Below are positions 1-8,269 of a DNA stretch of 29,613 bases, piece by piece (within the stretch, counting starts at the first letter, position 1; each line of letters starts with the position of its first letter). The notes under the pieces were generated by a model, which made no database searches, was not told where the DNA came from, and saw only the letters and a program-made list of their open reading frames with translations. The position numbers and the translations under genes are program-made. The DNA comes from Myxococcota bacterium (GTDB lineage Bacteria > Myxococcota_A > Polyangia > Polyangiales > Sandaracinaceae), in contig JAYZQJ010000257.1 in assembly GCA_036149055.1 (NCBI GenBank), positions 1-29,613 on the forward strand. Reading direction: 5' to 3'.

Positions 1-495
1 CGCTCCGGGTGCTCCGCACCCTCCGCAGTGACGGGTCAGCCGGCTCCGCGGGGCCCCCCCACCCAATTGCCGGCGACCTCGCTTCGCTCGTCGCCGGTGT
101 CCCGCGCTCCGCGCGTGAGCCACGCGGCTCGCGCTCGCGCTTTGCGCGAGCTGGCCGCCCGCTGCCGCGGGGTCGAACGGGCGCGGTGGCGCGTGCGGCG
201 ACCTCGCTGCGCTCGTCGCCTGCCGTGTTCGTCTCGGCGACTTTGCTGCGCTCGTCGCCTCTGGGTGGCGCGTGGCGACCTCGCTTCGCTCGTCGCCTTC
301 CGTGTTCGTGCGAGCTGGCCGCCCGCTGCCGCGGGGTCGAACCGGGAGGGGGGGGCGTGGCGACCTCGCTGCGTTCGTCGCCTGCCGGTTCGTGCGGCGA
401 CCTCGCTGCGCTCGTCGCCTGCCGTGGCCGTGCGGCGACCTCGCTGCGCTCGTCGCCTGCCGTGGCCGTGCGGCGACCTCGCTGCGCTCGTCGCC
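1..495. repeat. Modular REP/BIME-like hairpin element, copy 1 (truncated at the window start), with an array of 24-bp palindromes
   Basis: Positions 1-~180 align with 22456-~22630. There are eight copies of GGCGACYTCGCTKCGCTCGTCGCC (two with a single mismatch) starting at 72, 197, 236, 274, 359, 396, 434 and 472, with a period of about 38 bp in the runs. Confidence 0.9.
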
Positions 496-632
496 TGCGG
501 TCGTCTGTCGCCTGCGGTCGTCTGGGGCAGTCGACGTGGCGGGCGGGTGGGGCGGCGGCATCGTTTTCGAGCGCTCGAGTTCGACGTGTCGCCGGGCGGG
601 GAGGCGCGGCGTCGAGTACACTGCGACCGCAG

Positions 633-1871
633 GTGGAAGTCCCGCTGTACATCGTGGTCGGCCGGTCCCCGGATTGCGACCTGGTCCTGCGGGAGCCGAG
701 CGTCTCGGGCCGGCACGCGCGGCTGAGCTGGCGTGGCGACACGATCCTCGTCGAGGATCTCGGGAGCGCCAACGGGACCTACGTCGATGGCGAGCGGGTG
801 CGGCGCGCGAGCGTGCGGCCGGGGGCGGACGTGGCGTGCGGCAACGCGGAGCTGCACTGGAGCGACCCGGCCCTCAAGAGCTTCCTCCGGCGCGGGGCCC
901 GCGGCGACACCCTCGTCGGCCTCAAGATCCCGGGGCGGCGCTTCATCTGCGGCTCGTGCGGCGCCCGGGGCATCATGCCGCCGGGGTTCGACAAGGGGCA
1001 GCTCAAGTGCGGCAGCTGCGGGGTGGAGCTCTCGGTGGGCAAGCGGGCGGGGGGCCAGTGGCTCACCGCCGCGATCTCCGCGGTGCTGCTCGCCTCGGTC
1101 GTGCTCGCGGGCGTCTGGCTCTGGCGCGAGGGCGCCTCGGCCGACAGCCTGCGCCGGGCGGCGGAGCGCCTCGGGATCGGCCGCACCGAAGACGAGCTCG
1201 AGCCGGCGACGTCGCCCCAGGAGCGGTCGATCCGCGCGCGTATCGCGCCCCAGGTGACCGAGGCGATCGACCCGACGAGCCCCGAGACGCGCAACAGCGC
1301 CGTCCGGATCGCGGCCGCGGACGAGGGCCCGTTCCGCATCGAGCAGGTGGCCCGCATCTGGTCGCACGTGCGCGGCGAGTGGCGCTACGTCAACGACCCG
1401 CGCGGGGACGAGTTCTTCGCCGCCGCCAGCCAGACGATCGCCAACGAGTACGCCGGCGACTGCGACGACTTCGCCATCGTGCTGTCGTCGATGATCGAGG
1501 CGATCGGCGGCGAGTCGCGCATCGTCATGATCGACGGCGAGCAGGGCGGGCACGCCTACGCCGAGGTCTGCGTGCAGGAGGAGGCGGAGGCGGTCGCGCG
1601 CCGGCTCTCGGTGCACTACCGCGCCAACTGGGACCGCTACCTGGGCCGGGAGCGCCTGGAGAACATCCACTTCCGCAGCTCCCCGGCGTGCCCCGTCTGG
1701 CTCAACCTCGACTGGAACGCGCGCGTCCCGGGCGGGCCCTACGGCCGCGAGTACTGGGCGGTCGCCATCTACCCGGACGGGCGCACCGAGACCCTGGCGC
1801 CCTCCGGCGGCAGCCCCGGCGGCGGCAACGTCACGCCGCCCGTTCCGGCGAGCGCGGCGGCGAGCGAGTGA
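633..1871 (+). CDS. FHA domain + Zn-ribbon + TM + transglutaminase-like cysteine protease domain protein (~412 aa; GTG start inferred)
   Basis: FHA signature GRSPDCDLVL..SVSGRHA..EDLGSANGTYVDG; CGSC-x17-CGSC; hydrophobic helix WLTAAISAVLLASVVLAGVWLW; C-terminal GDCDDFA..GHAYAEV..WLNLDW (candidate Cys-His-Asp triad). The upstream part of ORF 9..1871 is repeat read-through. Confidence 0.85.
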   Translation: MEVPLYIVVGRSPDCDLVLREPSVSGRHARLSWRGDTILVEDLGSANGTYVDGERVRRASVRPGADVACGNAELHWSDPALKSFLRRGARGDTLVGLKIPGRRFICGSCGARGIMPPGFDKGQLKCGSCGVELSVGKRAGGQWLTAAISAVLLASVVLAGVWLWREGASADSLRRAAERLGIGRTEDELEPATSPQERSIRARIAPQVTEAIDPTSPETRNSAVRIAAADEGPFRIEQVARIWSHVRGEWRYVNDPRGDEFFAAASQTIANEYAGDCDDFAIVLSSMIEAIGGESRIVMIDGEQGGHAYAEVCVQEEAEAVARRLSVHYRANWDRYLGRERLENIHFRSSPACPVWLNLDWNARVPGGPYGREYWAVAIYPDGRTETLAPSGGSPGGGNVTPPVPASAAASE

Positions 1872-1884
1872 TAGAGTCCCGCTC

Positions 1885-2391
1885 GTGAGCACACCCGTTC
1901 TCGAGGCGCTGCGCGAGCTACTGGACGAGGATCTCGATGGCGTCACCGCGACGCCGGAGGGGCTCCGGGCGGTGGCGGACGCTCGCTGGGGCGAGGTCAC
2001 GCTCCAGATCGATCAGGACGAGGACGGCCCCGAGCCCGACGAGATCGCGCTCCGGGTGTCGGCCGCGATCGCGCCCCCCGCGGGCGCCGGCCACGAGCTG
2101 CTGCTCTGGGCGCTCTCGATGAACACCCAGTACTGGGCGGTGAAGATCGGGCTGACCGAGGACGGGATGCTGCTCGTGCACGCCGACGTGGACGCGGACG
2201 GGCCGGAGCCGGACGGCTTGCTCGCCGCGGACGTCATGGACCGCGTGGAGTCCATCCTGCAGCTGCTCGACGAGGACCTCGCGGAGTGGTGCCTCACGCA
2301 CGCCTTCGGCACCCCGGCGCAGCGCGTCCGGTGGGAGAGCCGGCGGCCGGAGCGCATCCTCGACGAGGACGACGACGAGGACGGGCAGTAG
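1885..2391 (+). CDS. Acidic small protein, probable YbjN / type III chaperone-like fold
   Basis: 168 aa with coding-like codon usage; the pattern LLLWALSMNTQYWAVKIGLTEDGMLLVHADV resembles the YbjN/CesT-type fold; acidic tail. Confidence 0.6.
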   Translation: MSTPVLEALRELLDEDLDGVTATPEGLRAVADARWGEVTLQIDQDEDGPEPDEIALRVSAAIAPPAGAGHELLLWALSMNTQYWAVKIGLTEDGMLLVHADVDADGPEPDGLLAADVMDRVESILQLLDEDLAEWCLTHAFGTPAQRVRWESRRPERILDEDDDEDGQ

Positions 2392-2425
2392 CGCGCCGCG
2401 CTCGCGGGTGGCAGGCTCCGCGCCG

Positions 2426-3571
2426 ATGCGCATCCGCCCCACGGCGGCGTCGATCGCCCTCGCTCTCCTGCTCGCGCCCCTGGCGGCGCCGGTCTCCGCG
2501 CGCGCCCAGGACGGCGCGTCGCTGAGCGATCCGAACGAGACGGAGACGGAGCCGCCGGAGACGGAGTCGCCGCCGATCCCGGCGCCGAGCGACGACCTGC
2601 CCGAGCCGGTCTTCGCGCCGGGCCATCCCACGCCGCCGGCCGAGGAGCCGATCGCGCTGCCGCCGCCGGTCGGCGACGCCCTCGAGCCCGAGCTGGAGGC
2701 CCCGGAGCGGCCGCAGGCCCAGGAGGTCACGACCTCGAGGCCGACCACGCTGCTCGGGCCGCGCGCCGCGGCGTGGGGCGAGCTCGGCGTGACCGCGGGC
2801 GGACCGGAGGAGGCGCGCGTCACCGTCGGGACCGCCGAGGTCGGGCTCCGCTTCCGCCTCGCCGGCGCGTTCGTCATGCACGCGTCGTGGGGGCTCGCGC
2901 TGACCCAGGCGGAGGTCGAGGGTGAGGAGCCGCTCGGCGGCGCGCCCACGCCCTATCAGGGCAGCGTCTTCGCGGTGAACCCCGGCAACCCGCTCCTCGG
3001 CGCCGGGTTCGACGGCGCGCTCGGGGGCATGCGCTTCTCGGTGGCCGGCGAGCTCGCGGTGCCGGCGGCGGCGCGGGCCGAGCTGGGACGCGACGAGGCG
3101 ACGCTGGCCGAGCGGGCGGCGAGCGAGGCGACGCACCGCGCGGTGATGTCGGCGCGGGGCTACTGGTCGGCGTGGCGCTGGGCCCCCGAGCGGCTCGGGC
3201 TGGCGCTCCCCCTCCGGCTCGCCATCCCGCTCGACGCGGTCACCCTCGAGGCGGAGGGCGCGATCGCGGTCCTGGTCCCGATCCTCGGCGACAGCTTCGC
3301 GGAGACGGATGTGGTGCTGCAGCTCGCCGGGGGCGTCGACGCCCGGGTCGTCGGGCCACTCTCGCTCGGCGCGCGCCTCCGGATCGTCGGGGCGGCCAAC
3401 GGCGCGACGGTGCCCGGCGCGGTCGCCTCGCTCGAGCCCTACGCGGCGCTCCACGTCGACGACGCGATGGTCAGCCTGCGCGGCAACGTGAGCTTCAACG
3501 GCGACGACGGCGCGTTCGGTCCGCGCGGCCCCGGCTGGGGCCTCTGGCTCGCCTCCGGCGTGGGCTTCTGA
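2426..3571 (+). CDS. Secreted protein with Pro/Glu-rich linker, probable outer-membrane beta-barrel
   Basis: Signal peptide MRIRPTAASIALALLLAPLAAPVSARA, Pro-rich segment, alternating amphipathic strands and C-terminal WGLWLASGVGF ending in Phe (beta-signal-like). Confidence 0.65.
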   Translation: MRIRPTAASIALALLLAPLAAPVSARAQDGASLSDPNETETEPPETESPPIPAPSDDLPEPVFAPGHPTPPAEEPIALPPPVGDALEPELEAPERPQAQEVTTSRPTTLLGPRAAAWGELGVTAGGPEEARVTVGTAEVGLRFRLAGAFVMHASWGLALTQAEVEGEEPLGGAPTPYQGSVFAVNPGNPLLGAGFDGALGGMRFSVAGELAVPAAARAELGRDEATLAERAASEATHRAVMSARGYWSAWRWAPERLGLALPLRLAIPLDAVTLEAEGAIAVLVPILGDSFAETDVVLQLAGGVDARVVGPLSLGARLRIVGAANGATVPGAVASLEPYAALHVDDAMVSLRGNVSFNGDDGAFGPRGPGWGLWLASGVGF

Positions 3572-3578
3572 GCCGCCC

Positions 3579-4625
3579 TCACACCCGCATCAGGGCCGCG
3601 CCCCAGTTGAGCCCGGCGCCGAGGCCGAAGAAGCAGACCAGCTGGCCCTCTTCGACGGTGCCCGCGCGGCGCATCTCGTCGATCAGGATCGGGATCGTCG
3701 CGTCGGACGTGTTGCCGTAGTGGGCGATGTTCGACGGGACCTTCTCCATCGGCACGCCGAGGCTCTGCACGACGGCCGCGTTGATCCGGTCGTTGGCCTG
3801 GTGCGCCACGAACCAGTCGACGTCCTCGAGCGTGACGGAGCACTTCTCGCACAGCTCCTTGACGACCGAGGGCAGCCGCTGGACGGCGCACTTGAAGAGC
3901 TCGCGGCCGCGCATGCTCGGGATGCGCTCGTCGACCGGCACGTCCCAGTAGCGGTAGTGGCGGAAGCCGCCGGCGGGCACGAAGAAGTGATCGTGCCGCT
4001 GGCCGTCGGTCTTGCAGACGCTGCCGAGCACGCCGAAGCCCTCGTCCTTCTTGGGGTGCGGGCGGCAGACCACCGCGCCGGCGCCGTCGCCGAAGAGCAC
4101 GGCGGTCGCGCGATGCTGCGTGGCGAACTGGTACGCGTCGCCGTCGGACTTCTCGCCCGACCAGAGCGCGTCCCAGTCCCAGGGCATGAAGCCGGCGTGC
4201 GCGTTGGCGCCGACGATGAGGATGGTCTCGGCGACGCCGGCCACCGCCAGCGCGTCGGCGACCTGGAGCGCGAACGGGAAGAACGCGCACTGCTGGCGGA
4301 TGTCGAGCGCGGGCACGCCCTCCAGCCCGAGCTTGGCGCCCAGCAGGCCCCCCGACCCCGGCAGGATGTAGTCGGGCGTCATCGTGCCGAAGATGATGTA
4401 GTCGATCTCGTCGGCCTTCAGGCCGGCCGACTCGAGGGCGCGCTGCGCCGCCGGCAGCGCCAGCTCGCTCACCCCCTGTCCCTCTCGCGCGAAGTGGCGC
4501 TGCCCGATCCCGGAGCGGGGGCGGATCCACTCGTCGCTGGTGTCCATGACGCGCGCGAGATCGTCGTTGGTGACGGGATCGCCGGGGACGTGATGTCCCG
4601 AACCGATGATGGTGAGTCCAGGCAT
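3579..4625 (-). CDS. fabH: 3-oxoacyl-ACP synthase III family (FabH-like)
   Basis: MDTSDEWI..RSGI, catalytic Cys in DIRQQCA, LFGDGAGA, HQAN, YGNTS, GAGLNWG. The real start is ATG at 4625. Confidence 0.9.
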   Translation of the reverse strand: MPGLTIIGSGHHVPGDPVTNDDLARVMDTSDEWIRPRSGIGQRHFAREGQGVSELALPAAQRALESAGLKADEIDYIIFGTMTPDYILPGSGGLLGAKLGLEGVPALDIRQQCAFFPFALQVADALAVAGVAETILIVGANAHAGFMPWDWDALWSGEKSDGDAYQFATQHRATAVLFGDGAGAVVCRPHPKKDEGFGVLGSVCKTDGQRHDHFFVPAGGFRHYRYWDVPVDERIPSMRGRELFKCAVQRLPSVVKELCEKCSVTLEDVDWFVAHQANDRINAAVVQSLGVPMEKVPSNIAHYGNTSDATIPILIDEMRRAGTVEEGQLVCFFGLGAGLNWGAALMRV

Positions 4626-4748
4626 GGTGGAACAGTCGCCGGACCCTAGCAGTTGTCGGGCGGAAGCACACACATGGCTGGTCGCCCGCCCGGGAAGGCC
4701 CCATGCCCAAAGAAACCAAACTCCGATAGGCTCGAACCGCGAGGACCC

Positions 4749-5750
4749 ATGACCGACCCCACCGAACGGCGCGAGGCTCCGAAGGCCGGCGCGATCGCCA
4801 AGGCGATCGACCTCGACTTCGGGTCCTATCTGGAGAAGAAGAAGACCGGCTCCTGGGGCCGCGACGAAGGCGTCCGCTACGCCTACGCAGCCGACGTGGC
4901 CATGCTGCGCAGCTTCCAGCGCCTCCGGCCGGTCGAGATGGCCGCGGCGTCGGTGGTGCGGACCAGCCACGAGATGATGCGCAGCCAGCTGCTCGGCTCC
5001 ACCGTCAAGGTCGGCCCGCGGCAGTTCAAGTCGATCCACGACATCGTGAGCGACTGCGCGCGCATCCTCACCGTGCCGACGCCCACGGTCTACATCAAGA
5101 ACCACCCGACCCCGAACGCCTACACCTACGGCACGGAGGACGACTCGTTCATCGTCATCCACTCGGCGATGATCGACCACTTCGACGAGGCCGAGCTGCG
5201 CTTCGTGATCGGGCACGAGGTGGGGCACGTGCAGAACAAGCACGTGGTGTACAACACCGCGCTGATGATCCTGACGCAGAGCGCGGCGGTCTTCCTCGCC
5301 TGGATCGTGCAGCCGGCGCTGGTCGCGCTGCGGCAGTGGTTCCGGCGGGCCGAGATCACCTGCGACCGGGCCGGCCTGCTCTGCTGCGGCGACCTCGAGG
5401 CCGCGAGCCGCAGCTTCCTGAAGCTCGCCACCGGCTCCCAGAAGCTCTACCCGGAGATGAACGTCGACGCGTTCCTCGACCAGTTCGAGGAGGGTCAGGG
5501 CAGCATCGGCCGGCTCGGGGAGGCGTTCGAGACGCACCCCTACCTGCCCAAGCGCATCCACGCCCTGCGCGTGTTCGCGGAGAGCGAGCTCTACCGCAAG
5601 GCGCAGGGGCTCGGCGCCGGAGGCCTCGACATGGAAGAGGTCGACCGGCGCACCAGCGAGATCATCCAGATCACCAAGGGCCGCGAGGAGCCCACCACCG
5701 AGCTCGAGGGACCTGGGGCCGGCGCCCCGGGGAAGGGGAACGAGGAATGA
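4749..5750 (+). CDS. M48 family Zn metallopeptidase
   Basis: PNAYTYG, ELRFVIGHEVGH (HExxH), RRAEITCDRAG, THPYLPKRI; GAGGA RBS before ATG 4749. Confidence 0.9.
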   Translation: MTDPTERREAPKAGAIAKAIDLDFGSYLEKKKTGSWGRDEGVRYAYAADVAMLRSFQRLRPVEMAAASVVRTSHEMMRSQLLGSTVKVGPRQFKSIHDIVSDCARILTVPTPTVYIKNHPTPNAYTYGTEDDSFIVIHSAMIDHFDEAELRFVIGHEVGHVQNKHVVYNTALMILTQSAAVFLAWIVQPALVALRQWFRRAEITCDRAGLLCCGDLEAASRSFLKLATGSQKLYPEMNVDAFLDQFEEGQGSIGRLGEAFETHPYLPKRIHALRVFAESELYRKAQGLGAGGLDMEEVDRRTSEIIQITKGREEPTTELEGPGAGAPGKGNEE

Positions 5751-7513
5751 CCGTCAGCCCGCTATCCGACTACCAGGCGCAGAAGAGCGACGTCCTTTCC
5801 TCGCTGCGCGAGGTCGCGGCGCTCGCCGAGGACGCCGGCGCCAAGTCCCTCGCCGACCGGCTCCGGGGCGACCGCATCCCGCGCCTCGACGAGGAGCGCT
5901 TCCATCTGGTCGTGCTGGGCGAGTTCAACCACGGCAAGACGACGTTCGTGAACGCGCTGCTCGGCGCCCCGGTGCTGCCGACCGGCGTGACCCCGACGAC
6001 CGCCGTCATCCACCACGTGGTGCACGGCGAGACCCCGCACGCCAAGGCGGTGGGCGCGAACGCGGAGCGCGACGTCCCGGTCGAGCAGGTCGCCGACTAC
6101 GAGGTCGGGGGCAAGGCGGCCGAGGAGGAGGTCCGCTACCTCCAGGTCGACTACCCGGCGGCCATCCTCGAGGGCGGCGTGGTCCTGGTCGACACCCCCG
6201 GCGTCAACGACCTCAACTCGACGCGCGCCGAGATCACCTACAGCTACCTGCCGAAGGCGGACGCGATCCTCTTCCTGCTCGACGCGGGGCAGATCCTCAA
6301 GGAGTCGGAGCGCGCCTTCATCGCCAACAAGCTCCTGGCGCAGTCGCGCGACAAGGTGATCTTCGTCATCAACAAGATCGACCTGCTCGACGAGGAGGAG
6401 CGCGAGGAGGCGCTCGCCTACGCGCGCGGTCACCTGGCCCGGCTGGTCGACGAGCCGCGGGTCTACGCGGTCAGCGCGGAGAAGGCGCTCGAGGGCGACC
6501 TCGACGGCTCCGGCCTGGCGGCGCTCACCGGCGAGCTGCGCACCTACCTGACGGAGGAGCGCGGGCGGGTGCTGCTCGACAACGCCCTCGACGCCGGCCT
6601 GCGCGCCGCGGGCACGCTCGAGCAGAGCATCCGGATCCAGAAGCGCGCCCTCGAGATGGACCAGCAGGAGCTCGAGCGGCGGCTCGAGGCGCTCGAGAAG
6701 GACCTCAGCCACTCCGAGGAGATGGCCGACAAGCGGGAGCGGCAGATCCGCGAGTCGCTCAGCGCGGTGAAGGCCATCGTGCGGCGCGAGACCGAGGAGT
6801 TCGGCAAGCGCTTCGCCCTGGCCATCCCGGGCGAGATCGAGAGCAGCAAGGCCGAGGATCTCAAGCGCTACCTCCCGAGCTTCATGGAGGAGCGCTTCCG
6901 GGCCTTCGCCGACCAGCAGGGCGAGGAGCTCGCCAAGCGGCTCGAGAAGGTCGCCGAGGAGGCCATCGCATTCGTGACCGAGGACGCGCAGGAGCGGAGC
7001 CGCAAGCTCGACGAGCTGCTCGGCGGGACCGGGCCCGAGGTCGACCTGAGCGTCAACACGCTCGCCTACGACGTCGGCGTGATCGCGCTCGGCGCCTTCG
7101 GCATCGGCATCATGGCGCTCTCCAACGTCTTCGTCGGCGGCGCGATGACCCTCGCCGCGCCGGTGCTCGCCTACTTCTTCCGCGGCCGCGCCGACAAGGA
7201 GATGAAGAAGCGCGCGCAGGAGGAGGCGCCCAAGGCCATCGAGGAGGCGGCGAAGAAGCTCGCCGAGGCCTTCGACGCGCAGATCGACGGGTTCGGCGAC
7301 AAGCTCGTCGAGTTCGTGCGCAGCGCGAACGAGGAGGTGACCCGCTCGATCGCCGAGGTCGTGCGCACCGCCCGCACCGCCCGCCAGGAGGGTGACGAGG
7401 AGCTCGAGGAGCTCACCCAGGCCGTCGGCACCTCGATGGGCCGCCTCCGCGCGGTCGCCGACAAGATGGAGACCCTCCGCAAGGCCCTCTGGATCCCGCC
7501 CGCCACCACCTGA
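5747..7513 (+). CDS. Bacterial dynamin-like GTPase
   Basis: G1 GEFNHGKT, G2 PTTA, G3 DTPG, G4 NKID; long coiled-coil stalk; hydrophobic paddle VGVIALGAFGIGIMALSNVFVGGAMTLAAPVLAYFF; ATGA overlap with the M48 gene stop. Confidence 0.9.
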   Translation: MTVSPLSDYQAQKSDVLSSLREVAALAEDAGAKSLADRLRGDRIPRLDEERFHLVVLGEFNHGKTTFVNALLGAPVLPTGVTPTTAVIHHVVHGETPHAKAVGANAERDVPVEQVADYEVGGKAAEEEVRYLQVDYPAAILEGGVVLVDTPGVNDLNSTRAEITYSYLPKADAILFLLDAGQILKESERAFIANKLLAQSRDKVIFVINKIDLLDEEEREEALAYARGHLARLVDEPRVYAVSAEKALEGDLDGSGLAALTGELRTYLTEERGRVLLDNALDAGLRAAGTLEQSIRIQKRALEMDQQELERRLEALEKDLSHSEEMADKRERQIRESLSAVKAIVRRETEEFGKRFALAIPGEIESSKAEDLKRYLPSFMEERFRAFADQQGEELAKRLEKVAEEAIAFVTEDAQERSRKLDELLGGTGPEVDLSVNTLAYDVGVIALGAFGIGIMALSNVFVGGAMTLAAPVLAYFFRGRADKEMKKRAQEEAPKAIEEAAKKLAEAFDAQIDGFGDKLVEFVRSANEEVTRSIAEVVRTARTARQEGDEELEELTQAVGTSMGRLRAVADKMETLRKALWIPPATT

Positions 7514-8265
7514 CGCTCTTCGGTGGCTTTTTGTGCTCGCGCAAAGGCGCGGAGGCGCAAAGGGGCCGGGGGGCGGCGCGGTGGGGGCTGGCCGTCGGTG
7601 ACCTGGCGGCGCTCGGCTCGGCGTCCCCTCGGAGGGCGAGTTTCGGGGGCAACTAATTTCACGCAGAGGTGCAGAGGCGCAGAGGGGCCGGGAGCGCTTC
7701 GGTGGCTATTGTGCTCTCGCAAAGGCGCCAAGGCGCAAAGGGCTCGGGGGGCGGCGGGGTAGGGGCTGGCCGCCGGTGACCTGGCGGCGCTCGGCTCGGC
7801 GTCCCCTCGAATGGCGGGTTTCGGGGGCAACTAATTTCACGCAAAGACGCAAAGACGCAAAGGGGCGCCGGCGGTGTCCGGGTCGGGCGCTCCCGGCTGG
7901 GCTCTTTCCCTCCTCTTCCCTCCTCGTTTCCTCCCTTCCTCGCTTCCTGCGAGTAGGGAGGGGCCGAGGCGGCGGCGGGGTGGGGGCTGGCCGTCGGTGA
8001 CCTGGCGGCACTCGGCTCGGCGTCCCCTCGAATGGCGGGTTTCGAGGGCAACTAATTTCGCGCAGAGGCGCAGAGGCGCAGAGGGGCGCCGGCGGTGTCC
8101 CAGCCGGGCGCTCCCGGCTGGGCTCTTTCCCTCCTCCTCCTCCTCTTCCCTCCTCGTTTCCTCCCTTCCTCGCTTCCTGCGAGTAGGGAGGGGCCGAGGC
8201 GGCGGGGGGAGCCGAGGCGGCGGGAGGAGCCGAGGCGGCGGGAGGAGCCGAGGGGGCGGGAGGAG
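7514..8265. repeat. Modular intergenic tandem repeat: three copies of a ~90-bp core, 8-bp-periodic triplets, two pyrimidine-rich modules and an 18-bp minisatellite
   Basis: The core ends in CAACTAATTTC at 7650, 7828 and 8049 (spacing 178 and 221). The module at 7866-7977 is repeated at 8086-~8205. GGAGCCGAGGCGGCGGGA-type units lie at ~8208-8262. The region sits between convergent genes. Confidence 0.9.
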
Positions 8266-8269
8266 GGGA

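Noticed and set aside
197..495. CRISPR array (24-bp palindromic repeats at regular spacing; also 22643-22799)
   Set aside because: Linkers are mostly only about 13-22 bp and resemble or duplicate each other (TGCCGTGGCCGTGC occurs twice). There are no cas genes or AT-rich leader, and the repeat is embedded in a larger dispersed element.
9..632. 208-aa N-terminal extension of the FHA protein with ATSLRSSP repeats
   Set aside because: This is a translation of the palindromic DNA repeat, open by chance in GC-rich sequence; protein-like sequence begins at about 633.
4626..5561. Long N-terminal extension on FabH (660-aa ORF); likewise the extensions on lysA (to 14024), DUF4332 (to 11898) and the dynamin (from 5336)
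   Set aside because: The extensions overlap other well-supported genes, and homology-like motifs start at the internal ATGs used.
7514..8265. Small ORFs or an IS element in the tandem repeat region
   Set aside because: There are no transposase motifs or clear terminal inverted repeats with target duplication; the ORFs are repeat translations.
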